64,000 nucleotides of DNA, taken from assembly GCA_964345045.1 (NCBI GenBank), contig CAYFPM010000001.1, forward strand, positions 375,632 through 439,631, given 5' to 3'. Below, piece after piece: positions 26,780-35,885 of the stretch. Position 1 is the stretch's first letter. Each line of letters opens with the position of its first letter. The DNA is from an uncultured Gammaproteobacteria bacterium (GTDB taxonomy: Bacteria > Patescibacteriota > Patescibacteriia > Magasanikbacterales > UBA922). Both the position numbers and the translations under genes were made by a program. The notes under the pieces are model-generated. The model worked only from the letters and a program-made list of their open reading frames with translations. It was not told where the DNA came from and made no database searches.

Positions 26780-27538
26780 ATGGAACAAATTTTGCTCCCA
26801 ACAAAAATCGAATTCCAAGAAACCGATAACCCAAATGTGGGTAAGGTTGTAATTACTCCATGTCATCAAGGATATGGTACTACTCTTGGTAATGCCCTGC
26901 GTCGAGTATTGTTGTCTTCTTTGCCAGGAGCAGCAGTTGAATCTGTAAAAATAAAAGGCGTGCAGCATGAATTTTCGGCTGTAGAAGGTGTAAAGGAAGA
27001 CATGATTCAAATTATTTTAAATCTAAAGCAGTTGGCTGTTAGATCTCATTCCGATGAGGTAGTTACTTTAACCCTTAACAAAAAAGGTAAAGGTGATGTA
27101 ACTGCTGCTGATTTTGAAAAAAATTCTGATGTAGATGTAATTAGCAAAGATCTAAAAATTTGTACTGTTACAGATGCCAATATTAATTTTGAAATGGAAG
27201 TTAAAATTAGCAAAGGTAGAGGTTATGTAACTGTAGCCGAAAAAGAAACCAAAGGCCTAGACCTTGGAACTATTGCTATTGACTCACTTTATACTCCTAT
27301 TAGAGATATCGGTTACAATGTAGAAGCTACTCGTGTAGGAGACGTAACTGACTACGAAAAATTAACTTTGAGAATTGAAACCAATGGAGCTATTTCTCCA
27401 AAAGAAGCTATTTCTCAATCAACCAAAATTTTGATGGATCACTTTGCTATTGTACTAGATGCTGCTACCGAAGGTAAAAAAGAAACAGCAAAGGTAGAAT
27501 CAAAAGAAGAGGAAGAAGAAGTGCCCGCCGACGCCTAG
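26780..27538 (+). CDS. rpoA: DNA-directed RNA polymerase alpha subunit, N-terminal domain only (no alpha-CTD)
   Basis: Alpha-NTD dimerisation/assembly motifs (GYGTTLGNALRRVLLSSLPGAAV); ends after 252 aa with an acidic tail; rplQ starts 31 nt later. Confidence 0.8.
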   Translation: MEQILLPTKIEFQETDNPNVGKVVITPCHQGYGTTLGNALRRVLLSSLPGAAVESVKIKGVQHEFSAVEGVKEDMIQIILNLKQLAVRSHSDEVVTLTLNKKGKGDVTAADFEKNSDVDVISKDLKICTVTDANINFEMEVKISKGRGYVTVAEKETKGLDLGTIAIDSLYTPIRDIGYNVEATRVGDVTDYEKLTLRIETNGAISPKEAISQSTKILMDHFAIVLDAATEGKKETAKVESKEEEEEVPADA

Positions 27539-27568
27539 GCTCTGGCGTGGTAAAGAATAATTATAAAT

Positions 27569-27919
27569 ATGAGACACAGAAAAACAGGAAAAACTTTAGG
27601 TAGACCAAAAGCACAAAGAGAAGCTCTAATGAAAAATTTGGCTGAGAGTTTAATTTTGCATGGTTCAATCAATACTACCAAAGCCAAAGCTCAAGTTTTG
27701 AAAACAGTAGTAGAACCAATGGTAACAAAAGCTAAAAAAGGTGATTTGGCTGCCAGAAGACAGTTGATAAAAGGATTGTTTACAGACAAAGCTGTAAATA
27801 CTTTGCTAAAAGATATTGCCCCACGTTACAAAGATCGCAATGGTGGTTACACCAGAATTACCAAAATCGGCACCAGACAAAATGATGCAGCTGAAATGGT
27901 AAGAATAGAATTTGTATAA
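27569..27919 (+). CDS. rplQ: 50S ribosomal protein L17
   Basis: MRHRKTGKTLGRPKAQREALMKNLAESLILHG... Confidence 0.9.
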   Translation: MRHRKTGKTLGRPKAQREALMKNLAESLILHGSINTTKAKAQVLKTVVEPMVTKAKKGDLAARRQLIKGLFTDKAVNTLLKDIAPRYKDRNGGYTRITKIGTRQNDAAEMVRIEFV

Positions 27920-27923
27920 AAAT

Positions 27924-28286
27924 ATGGCTAAAGAAATAAAAAGACAAAAGCACGAAATCAATGCAGCCGGTAGAGCTGTTGGTAGAATTGCTACAGAAGT
28001 AGCCATGATTTTGCGTGGCAAAAACAAACCTGATTTTTCTCCTCATGTGGACAGTGGTGATTTTGTAACTATTCTAAATGCTTCACAAGTTAAATTTACC
28101 GGTAAAAAATTAGTTCAAAAAGATTATTATCATCACACTCTTTATCCGGGTGGTTTGAAAAGAACTCCTATGAAAAAGGTGTTTGAAGAAAAACCAGAAG
28201 AGATTTTGCGCAAAGCTGTATTTGGCATGTTGCCAAAAAACAATTTGCGTAACGAGATGATGAAAAGACTTACTATCAAAGCATAA
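27924..28286 (+). CDS. rplM: 50S ribosomal protein L13
   Basis: INAAGRAVGRIATEVAMILRGKNKPDFSPHVDSGDFV; start moved to ATG 27924. Confidence 0.9.
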   Translation: MAKEIKRQKHEINAAGRAVGRIATEVAMILRGKNKPDFSPHVDSGDFVTILNASQVKFTGKKLVQKDYYHHTLYPGGLKRTPMKKVFEEKPEEILRKAVFGMLPKNNLRNEMMKRLTIKA

Positions 28287-28288
28287 AT

Positions 28289-28690
28289 ATGGCAGATTTA
28301 AAAGAAACAATGCAAAGAGCCGTAGGTAGACGCAAAAAAGCTTCTGCTCGTGTTAGAATTACCCCTGGTAAAGGTGGTATTAATGTAAACGGCAAAGATT
28401 ATAAAGAATATTTTCCAACCGCTATTTGGCAAGAGATTGTACTCTCGCCATTGGTAGCGCTTGGCAAAGAAAAAGATTACGAAGTGAGTGTAAGAGTCGC
28501 CGGTGGTGGTGTAAAGGGACAAGCCGAAGCTGTAAGACATGGTCTTTCTCGCGCTTTGGTAGAGTGGAATGAAGATTTCAAACCAGTTCTAAAATCTCAT
28601 GGTTACCTAACTCGTGATTCTAGAGCCAAAGAAAGAAAGAAACCTGGTATGTACAAAGCTCGTAGAGCTCACCAATGGAGAAAACGTTAA
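28289..28690 (+). CDS. rpsI: 30S ribosomal protein S9
   Basis: AVGRRKKASARVRITPGKG...GGGVKGQAEAVRHGLSRAL...ARRAHQWRKR. Confidence 0.9.
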   Translation: MADLKETMQRAVGRRKKASARVRITPGKGGINVNGKDYKEYFPTAIWQEIVLSPLVALGKEKDYEVSVRVAGGGVKGQAEAVRHGLSRALVEWNEDFKPVLKSHGYLTRDSRAKERKKPGMYKARRAHQWRKR

Positions 28691-28736
28691 TATTGGATGT
28701 ACGAAATACGAAAAATACGAATTTACGAATAATTTA

Positions 28737-28767
28737 AAACCGACTTGTGTAGACAAGTCGGTTTTTG
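28737..28767 (+). terminator. rho-independent terminator after rpsI
   Basis: ccgacttgtgtagacaagtcgg hairpin followed by TTTTTG; preceded by a tacgaa-type short repeat. Confidence 0.55.
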
Positions 28768-28799
28768 TTTTTGAATGGTGGGAGAGAGTCTCCTTGATG

Positions 28800-29099
28800 T
28801 TATTGGTCTTGAGGTTTGACTGGTCGGCCATCTGGTGAAATTTCTGTAAGGGCTTTTAGCACCTTGGTTACAATGCTTTCGGACATCTCATCGGGTACCC
28901 AGTTTCCTTGCCATTTCCCACCTGCAAAAAGCAAACCAGCGTGAAAAACTACTTTTTCATCTGCGTCAACTTGTTTCAGATCGGCAATATGGGTGTCGCC
29001 CTCTCGCCAGCAGCAGGTGACTTGGTACCTGTTGCCCTCTTCTTCAAAACTCCAGGCAAAGCCTCCGTGGTCATTGTACTCAAGATCTTCTGGTTTCAC
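28800..29099 (-). CDS. GC-rich hypothetical protein (~99 aa; start uncertain)
   Basis: Start placed at GTG 29099 with a GGGAG SD. The track ORF runs to 29366, but a minus-strand terminator (caactcccaaagagttgttttttt, ~29140-29165) sits upstream, so the long form is unlikely. GC about 47%. Confidence 0.3.
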   Translation of the reverse strand: MKPEDLEYNDHGGFAWSFEEEGNRYQVTCCWREGDTHIADLKQVDADEKVVFHAGLLFAGGKWQGNWVPDEMSESIVTKVLKALTEISPDGRPVKPQDQ

Positions 29100-29230
29100 A
29101 TTTTCTCCCACTTGATTGTAATGAAAGTAAAAATTTTTTGCAATAAAAAAACAACTCTTTGGGAGTTGCTTAATTTTTGGATTGTCCTGACGAACTTGGC
29201 TTCTGTTGTAACTGCAATTCTCTAGTTTTG

Positions 29231-29590
29231 TCAGGTTTCTTCTTCTACCACTGTATAGGCGGGGAGTTCCCCATTGGGCGATAGGACTTTGATGCGAATC
29301 ATAAATGGGTTTATACAAACTTGGTGGGCATCTGGAACATTGGAGTCTCTCGATACCTCTAGCCATCTACCATCGAACCATCTGCAGATGTATTGTACCG
29401 TTGCCCCCTTGGGTCCATAGAAATCTGTCAGATTCATCTCTGCTTTGGCGCCATGCTCTCCATGAATCTTGACCAGGCAGATAGCATTCCGTCCTTTGAT
29501 AAGAGCCGCCCAACTGACAGATTCCATGAATTCAGCATCAACATAGGTTGCTTTTGTTCCGTCATGGTCGAGGGTAACTTCTATACTCAT
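29231..29590 (-). CDS. GC-rich hypothetical protein (119 aa)
   Basis: ATG at 29588-29590 with GGAG about 10 nt upstream; terminator hairpin immediately after the stop; no recognised motif. Confidence 0.4.
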   Translation of the reverse strand: MSIEVTLDHDGTKATYVDAEFMESVSWAALIKGRNAICLVKIHGEHGAKAEMNLTDFYGPKGATVQYICRWFDGRWLEVSRDSNVPDAHQVCINPFMIRIKVLSPNGELPAYTVVEEET

Positions 29591-29689
29591 GTGGTCAATC
29601 TCCTGTATAAACAAGATTAATTGAGTTATAAGTTTGTGTCAAATAATCCAACTTGAAAATTAGCTATTTTTAGAATAAAATTAGACTAT

Positions 29690-31120
29690 ATGGCAAACTC
29701 TATTACCAAAAATACCGCTTTTATGACTATGGCCTCGGTCGGCCAAAAAATAGTCGCTTTTGTATACTTTACACTTATTGCTAGAAATATCGGAGCAGAG
29801 GGAACTGGTAAGTATTTTTTCGCCTTGTCTTTTACTACTATTTTTGTAGTTTTTGTAGATCTTGGTCTTACCAATGTTTTGGTACGCGAAGCCGCTAGGA
29901 TGAAAGAAAAAATGCAGCAATATTTGTCTACTATTTTGTCGGTAAAATTATTTTTTGGGGTTATAACTTATATTGTGGCGGTTATAACCATAAATTTGCT
30001 TGGCTACCCGATAGAAACCAAACACTTGGTTTATCTCTCGGCAGTGACCATGTTGTTTGATTCTTTGCATTTGACTATTTATGGAGTTTTGCGGGCCATT
30101 GGAGATTTGAAATACGAAGCAATTGGTATTGTAAGTAGTCAATTAATTACGCTTATTTTGGGTAGTATATTCTTATATTTTGGTTACCCGCTTATTTTTC
30201 TTATTCTTGCTTTTACTATTCCTAGTTTCTTCAATGTTTTGTTTGCTGCTACAGTTCTAATAAGTAAATATAAAATAAGTCTAAAACCCAAGTTTGAAAA
30301 AGAAACTTTTTTGTTTATTTCCAAGATTGCCGTGCCTTTTGCCTTGGCCGCAGTTTTTGCGAGGGTCTATTCGTATATAGATTCAGTTTTACTTTCCAAA
30401 CTGGCAGGAGATGTGGCAGTCGGTTGGTACAGTATTGCTTACAAAATTACTTTTGCTTTTCAGTTTGTGCCGCTTGCTTTGGTGGCAGCTCTGTACCCAC
30501 GTTTTAGCGAATATTTCAAAAATAATAAAAGTAAGCTTTCCTTTGCTTTTGAACAAAGTTTAAAATATTTGTTGATAATAGCTTTTCCAATTGTATTTGG
30601 GATTTCCATACTAGCCAAGGATATTGTACTTACTCTTTATACAGAAGAATTTATAAACGCTATTTTGCCATTGCAAATTCTTTTGGCAGGTTTGATTTTT
30701 TCTTATGTTAGTTTTCCTATTGGAGCTTTTCTCAATGCTTGTGACAGACAAAAAACACAAACAACTATTGTAGGAATTGTTCTTAGTTTTAATGTAGTTT
30801 TGAATTTAATTTTGATACCCAAGTTTGGAGTAGTTGGAGCGGCCAGTGCTGCTGCTATTGGCAATGTGCTTTTGACAATTTTGGGGTATGCTGTAGCGCC
30901 AAGTATTAGCAAAATTAGACATAGTTTTATATTAAAAACTTTTATTCAACTTTTAGTTTCGGCTAGTGTAATGGGAGTATTTGTTTGGTATATCAATAAG
31001 TTATCTAATTTTATTTTGGCAATTTTGGTTGGAGCCGTGGTTTATCCGTTTATGTTATTTATAACTAGAGCTGTTACCAAAAGACAACTAAGAGAAGCTA
31101 TTTTGTTTGTAAAAAGATGA
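29690..31120 (+). CDS. polysaccharide/oligosaccharide flippase (Wzx-like, MOP superfamily)
   Basis: 476 aa with about 12-14 TM helices and a typical Wzx N-terminus (KNTAFMTMASVGQKIVAFVYFTLIAR). Confidence 0.7.
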   Translation: MANSITKNTAFMTMASVGQKIVAFVYFTLIARNIGAEGTGKYFFALSFTTIFVVFVDLGLTNVLVREAARMKEKMQQYLSTILSVKLFFGVITYIVAVITINLLGYPIETKHLVYLSAVTMLFDSLHLTIYGVLRAIGDLKYEAIGIVSSQLITLILGSIFLYFGYPLIFLILAFTIPSFFNVLFAATVLISKYKISLKPKFEKETFLFISKIAVPFALAAVFARVYSYIDSVLLSKLAGDVAVGWYSIAYKITFAFQFVPLALVAALYPRFSEYFKNNKSKLSFAFEQSLKYLLIIAFPIVFGISILAKDIVLTLYTEEFINAILPLQILLAGLIFSYVSFPIGAFLNACDRQKTQTTIVGIVLSFNVVLNLILIPKFGVVGAASAAAIGNVLLTILGYAVAPSISKIRHSFILKTFIQLLVSASVMGVFVWYINKLSNFILAILVGAVVYPFMLFITRAVTKRQLREAILFVKR

Positions 31121-31130
31121 AGTATCAATT

Positions 31131-31203
31131 ATCACTATTTTTTTGCTGCGGAATAAGGCTCACTTCGTTCTCGCAAACGTCCTCGCTGCAAAAATAGTGA
31201 TAA
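31131..31203. repeat. 72-bp GC-rich palindromic repeat element, copy 1
   Basis: atcactatttttttgctgcggaataaggctcacttcgttctcgcaaacgtcctcgctgcaaaaatagtgat; internally palindromic; about 95% identical to 32466-32539. Confidence 0.6.
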
Positions 31204-31277
31204 TTGAATTTAATATTTGTCATAATTTTTACTAAATCTATTATTTAAAAATCAGGATTCTATAAGATAATTATTAT

Positions 31278-32435
31278 ATGAAAAAAGTTTTATTAGTTAC
31301 TTTGGAGCATCCTCCACAGATTGGGGGGATTGCGACTTATTGTCATGATTTGGCAGCGGCTCTGGGCAAAGAAAATGTTGTAGTTTTGGCTCCAGCTGGC
31401 AAAGACAAGTACGCCACGCAAGCAGAAAAATTAGCTTGGGACAAAGAACAACCTTACAAAATTGTACGTAAGCGAATGTTATTGCCAAAGTTTATTTGGC
31501 CTCGTTGGATTTTGTTAGGCTGGCAGCTTTGGCGTACAGCCAAAGAAGAAAATTGTCAGATTGTATTTGTACAACATGTCTTGCCAGTAGGTTATGCCGC
31601 TATTTTTACCAAAATTATTGGCAAAATTCCGTTTTTATTATTTTCTCATGGTACAGATTTGGTAGCTGGTACAGCCAACTGGTGGAAGAAAAAAATGGTA
31701 ACCATGGTTTCGGAACATTCCGAAGAAATTATTTTTAATAGCGAATCACTCAAGCGTCGTTTTTTGCGAGTCTTGTCACAGTTCGAAAGTAAATCTTTGG
31801 TACTTTATCCTTGTCCGGAGCCGGCTTTTTTGGAGCCACCAAACGAGGCAGATTTGTTGGCCTTGCGTGCACAGTATGCGCTAGAAGGTAAAAAAGTTTT
31901 GCTTTCTATTTCTAGATTAACCGATGGTAAGGGGTTCCCACACCTTATAAATATAATGCCCGAGGTTTTGAAAAAAAATCCGAACTTGGTTTGGTTTATC
32001 GTAGGAGATGGACCAAAAAAGAATGAAATTATAAAACATATTAGAGAAAATAATTTACAAAATATTGTTCGTTTTATTGGAGAAATTCCACATATCGCTT
32101 TGCATCAATATTATTATTTGGCAGATCTTTTTGTACTGTTAACTCATCCGGACGAAGGTAAAGAAGAAGGTTTGGGATTGGTATTTTTGGAGGCTTCGGC
32201 AGCGGGTTTGCCTATAGTGGCTGGCAAAAGTGGGGGAGTAGAAGAGGCAGTATTAGACAAACAAACCGGTTTGGTGGTGGACACTCACAATGGTACAGAA
32301 GTGGCGGAAGCAATCTTGGGGATGCTAGAAAACGAGGGGCAAGCCAAACAATTTGGAAATGCTGCTAAAAATAGAATTATTAATGATTTTAATTGGCCAA
32401 AACAAGTGGCAAAGCTAGGTCCTTGGTTAAAATAG
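31278..32435 (+). CDS. glycosyltransferase family 4 (GT-B, group 1)
   Basis: C-terminal EASAAGLPIVAGKSGGVEEAV...GLVVD (EX7E-type GT1 motif). Confidence 0.8.
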   Translation: MKKVLLVTLEHPPQIGGIATYCHDLAAALGKENVVVLAPAGKDKYATQAEKLAWDKEQPYKIVRKRMLLPKFIWPRWILLGWQLWRTAKEENCQIVFVQHVLPVGYAAIFTKIIGKIPFLLFSHGTDLVAGTANWWKKKMVTMVSEHSEEIIFNSESLKRRFLRVLSQFESKSLVLYPCPEPAFLEPPNEADLLALRAQYALEGKKVLLSISRLTDGKGFPHLINIMPEVLKKNPNLVWFIVGDGPKKNEIIKHIRENNLQNIVRFIGEIPHIALHQYYYLADLFVLLTHPDEGKEEGLGLVFLEASAAGLPIVAGKSGGVEEAVLDKQTGLVVDTHNGTEVAEAILGMLENEGQAKQFGNAAKNRIINDFNWPKQVAKLGPWLK

Positions 32436-32465
32436 CCTTATAATTTTGAATTACAGTAGTATCAG

Positions 32466-32539
32466 GAATCACTATTTTTTTGCTGCGGAATAAGGCTCGC
32501 TTCGCTCTCGCAAACGTCCTCGCTGCAAGAATAGTGATT
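32466..32539. repeat. 72-bp GC-rich palindromic repeat element, copy 2
   Basis: gaatcactatttttttgctgcggaataaggctcgcttcgctctcgcaaacgtcctcgctgcaagaatagtgattc; with copy 1 it lies on both sides of the GT4 gene. Confidence 0.6.
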
Positions 32540-32610
32540 CCTTCACTTTAGAGGTAATTCAAAATAATATTTAGATAGATCACTTCATTCAGGATGGCTC
32601 TTAGAGAACT

Positions 32611-33309
32611 ATGCACGACTTAATTAGTATAATTATTCCGGTTTACAATCACGAAGCAGAACTTCGACATGCTTTGGATTCTATTTTTTTGCAAACTTAC
32701 AAAAATATAGAAGTGATTGTGGTAAACGATGGATCGCAAAAACCCTTACAACTTACAACTTATAACTTACAACTGATTAATCAGGAAAATAAAGGTGCTC
32801 CGGCAGCTAGAAACAGAGGTCTAAGAGAGGCCAAAGGAGATTATGTAATATTTTGGGATGCCGATGTGGTGGCCGAGCCAGAAATGTTAGAAAAAATGCA
32901 TCATGTGCTAGAAATACATCCAGAAGCTAGTTATGTTTACAGTGATTTTTGTTTTGGCGACAAACTAATGAAAGCCCAAAAGTTTTCTGCCGAAGCTTTG
33001 CAAAAAAATAATTTTATTCATTCTACTTCTTTGATTAGAAAAGAGGCTATGGAAAAGATTGCTTGGGACGAAAGTTTAAAAAGATTTCAAGATTGGGATT
33101 TGTGGTTAACAATGCTCAAAAAAAGAAAAGAGGGGATTTATATTCCGGAAACCTTGTTTAAGGTAGTCCCCAGAAAAACCGGCATAAGTAGCTGGTTGCC
33201 GTCGTTTGCTTACAAAAAACCTTTTAGATTTTTGCCAGGCTTTGCAAAAAGAGTTAGAGAATATGAGGAAAAGAAGGAAATTGTGATGAAGAAACAAGGA
33301 CTTCTTTAG
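32611..33309 (+). CDS. glycosyltransferase family 2 (GT-A)
   Basis: SIIIPVYNHEAELRHALDSIFLQTY...VVNDGS, DxD-like WDADVV; contains a short acaactta-type tandem repeat at ~32745-32775. Confidence 0.8.
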   Translation: MHDLISIIIPVYNHEAELRHALDSIFLQTYKNIEVIVVNDGSQKPLQLTTYNLQLINQENKGAPAARNRGLREAKGDYVIFWDADVVAEPEMLEKMHHVLEIHPEASYVYSDFCFGDKLMKAQKFSAEALQKNNFIHSTSLIRKEAMEKIAWDESLKRFQDWDLWLTMLKKRKEGIYIPETLFKVVPRKTGISSWLPSFAYKKPFRFLPGFAKRVREYEEKKEIVMKKQGLL

Positions 33310-33383
33310 TAATTTGTAAACAGTAAATTGTAAATAGATATTTACTTATCGCAGACGCTTTCTCCAAGTAACTTGTTATGTAA

Positions 33384-33446
33384 GGGATCCTTCGGCTTTG
33401 CCTCAGGATGACTCGTGTAGTCATTCTGAGCGTTAGCGAAGAATCT
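33384..33446. repeat. dispersed GC-rich repeat element (intergenic copy)
   Basis: Blocks gggatccttcg, caggatgactc, gtcattctgagcg and gaagaatctc recur, circularly permuted, inside tatD at 47533-47614. Confidence 0.5.
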
Positions 33447-33451
33447 CTAAC

Positions 33452-34909
33452 CTATAAGATCTCTCTAACCTTATCTACCAACACATCTACAAAGCTGTGT
33501 TTTTCTGTAGAAATAGTAAAAGCGTATACAAAAAAGACAATCCCAAATAAATGAAAAATAAGAGGGGCGGTAATGTTCATAAGTAAAACAGCAAACAAGC
33601 TAGCTACAACTCCAAGTTCTATAAATTGACAATGTGGATCTTTTTTGTAAATTTTTATAAGTTTATAAATTAAATAAACCAAAACAGTTAATAAAATTGC
33701 CAAACCAATGATTCCCATTTCGGCTAATATTTCTAGATAACCCCAATCAAATTGTCGAGTAGTGATTTGTGAAAATCCACCATCTGGATTGGGGGCAAAG
33801 AAGGTAACGCTGCTGCCAAGCCCATGGCCATAAAAGGGATTTTGTTTTACTAATTCTATCGCTGGTGTAAGTAATGCCGATCTGGTATAAGCACTTAGCT
33901 CTGTGCTAGGACTAGCAATGCTTCCAAAACGATTACTAATTAGTGCCAATCCAAAAGAAGTAAAATTACTAGCAACTAAGTGAATAGAGAAAAATAAAAA
34001 TATGGTAATGCCAGCTAGACTAGCAGACACTTTGAACCATTTTTTGAAATTTTGTTTGTAAAGTAGAATTAAAAATCCAAAAGCTAATCCCAAAAAGTAA
34101 GTGCGAGAAAGATTTAGTACTAGAGTAAACAAAGCTAGTGTTGCTAGGGTGTAAAAAAGTTTATTATGTTTGTCTGTTTTCATTAGTTTGGCAGCCGCAC
34201 CCAACACAATTGGTACGAGTAGCAAGTGAATAGGCTCGACAATACGAAAAAATCCAGTGCCTGTGTTTGTTATTTTGCCAGCCAGGACATCGCGAATCCA
34301 TTTGTAGTAGGGATCATGAATTATTTCCCAGCCTATAGTAAACACAACAAAATTGTATAAGCCAAAAATAGCGGTGCCGATAACAAAGGCAATTAATAAG
34401 TTTTTGCAATAGTTTATTAGTTTTTTGTCCTCGAATAATTCTGTAGAAGGAAAGACAAGTAAAATATATAGGTAAGGAATAAAATCTTGTGTGGCTGCGA
34501 AAAAACCATTGTTAATAGCTCCTAGAATCCAAAATATACCGACAAAAGCAATTAAGCCAAAGATTGCTAATCTTTGGGTTTTGTTTAGGTGTTTGCTAAG
34601 TTTTTTTCTATTGATTATTTTATCGCCAAACCAGAGAGTTACAAATGTGACAAGGAATACACTACGGAGTGACAGGCCGTAGAGTTCTAGCAGTTGCCCA
34701 GATCCCCCGAGAAGTAGTTCTGTTATAACTATAGCAAAAGCCGTTTTTGGAGATCGGTAATAAGCATAGCCTAAAGTTATGACTAATAAGAAGGTGAGGA
34801 GGGATTGAAGGATTAAATGGTTTGCAGTGAAGTAGGAAAGAATGCGAAAAGAAAAAAATGTTAACAACAAGATGATTATTTGGCTTTGTTTGTTTGGTTT
34901 CATATACAA
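33452..34909 (-). CDS. O-antigen ligase/polymerase-like polytopic membrane protein (Wzy/WaaL family, tentative)
   Basis: 485 aa, more than 10 TM helices with a central periplasmic loop; sits in the glycosyltransferase/flippase neighbourhood. Confidence 0.45.
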   Translation of the reverse strand: MYMKPNKQSQIIILLLTFFSFRILSYFTANHLILQSLLTFLLVITLGYAYYRSPKTAFAIVITELLLGGSGQLLELYGLSLRSVFLVTFVTLWFGDKIINRKKLSKHLNKTQRLAIFGLIAFVGIFWILGAINNGFFAATQDFIPYLYILLVFPSTELFEDKKLINYCKNLLIAFVIGTAIFGLYNFVVFTIGWEIIHDPYYKWIRDVLAGKITNTGTGFFRIVEPIHLLLVPIVLGAAAKLMKTDKHNKLFYTLATLALFTLVLNLSRTYFLGLAFGFLILLYKQNFKKWFKVSASLAGITIFLFFSIHLVASNFTSFGLALISNRFGSIASPSTELSAYTRSALLTPAIELVKQNPFYGHGLGSSVTFFAPNPDGGFSQITTRQFDWGYLEILAEMGIIGLAILLTVLVYLIYKLIKIYKKDPHCQFIELGVVASLFAVLLMNITAPLIFHLFGIVFFVYAFTISTEKHSFVDVLVDKVREIL

Positions 34910-34969
34910 ATATTATCTCAGAGTTTGGAGCTATTAACAAATGAAATGATCCGCTATAAGGGGAGCTTT

Positions 34970-35884
34970 TTATTTTAATTTAGAATTATCCAAATTCACA
35001 TTCCCTCTCACAAACTCCTCACCACTCATTTCTTTTTTTCCTTCTAGTTGAAGTTTTTTCGCTACTATAGATCCAGTACCACAACCAATCAAAACTTGTT
35101 TATCGACAAATCGAATAGTCCCGGTCGGGATAGATTCTTGACTGGGTTCTATTTCGGTCAATTTCAAACGCTTGTTTTCTACGGTAGTCCAAATTCCAGG
35201 CCATGGAGTAAGACCACGAAAAAGATTAAAAATTTTAATATTAGACTGATTCCAATCTATCCGACCATCTTCGCGAGAGAATTGCCCGCAGGTAGTAGCT
35301 TGGCTATTATCTTGGTCCTTTGGCATTAACTCACCAGCTACATAGGCTGGTATAGCCTCCAAAAGCGCTTCTCGGCCTATTTTGGCTAGTTTTTGATCAA
35401 CTATAGGGTAGGTGTCGTTTGCTTCTATTACAAGGCTTTTTTGCAATAGTATAGGACCTGTATCCAAGCCTTCGTCCATTTTCATAATTGTGACTCCGGT
35501 TTTAGTTTCGCCATTTATTAGAGCAGATTGGATTGGAGATGCTCCACGATATTTTGGGAGTAGAGAAGTGTGGACATTGAGTATGCCAAGTTCTGGAGCT
35601 TCTAAAATGTGTTTGGGAACTAACAAACCATATTGAGCAGTTATTCCTAGTTTGTAGGTTGTAGTTGGTAGTGAGTAATTTTTTAAACTTTTTGGCTGTT
35701 CTACTTTTAGGCCATTTTGTTCGGCTAGGATTTTTACCGGTGGGGGAGTGAGGATTTTTTTTCTACCCGCGGGTTTGTCTGGTTGGGTGATTACCAAATC
35801 AACCGAAATATTAGGGTCGTCGATTAGGCCTTGTAAAATTGTAGTGGCAAATTGATGAGTGCCAAAAAAGATTGTTTTTATCAT
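34970..35884 (-). CDS. fmt: methionyl-tRNA formyltransferase
   Basis: N-terminal IFFGT...; HTSLLPKYRGASPIQ (SLLP formyltransferase motif); C-terminal fmt domain. Confidence 0.85.
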   Translation of the reverse strand: MIKTIFFGTHQFATTILQGLIDDPNISVDLVITQPDKPAGRKKILTPPPVKILAEQNGLKVEQPKSLKNYSLPTTTYKLGITAQYGLLVPKHILEAPELGILNVHTSLLPKYRGASPIQSALINGETKTGVTIMKMDEGLDTGPILLQKSLVIEANDTYPIVDQKLAKIGREALLEAIPAYVAGELMPKDQDNSQATTCGQFSREDGRIDWNQSNIKIFNLFRGLTPWPGIWTTVENKRLKLTEIEPSQESIPTGTIRFVDKQVLIGCGTGSIVAKKLQLEGKKEMSGEEFVRGNVNLDNSKLK

Positions 35885-35885
35885 A

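Noticed and set aside
28800-29366. 188-aa minus-strand ORF as given in the track
   Set aside because: Its first ~85 codons run through an intrinsic terminator hairpin plus T-run (29140-29165) and overlap the upstream gene out of frame. Shortened to a GTG start at 29099.
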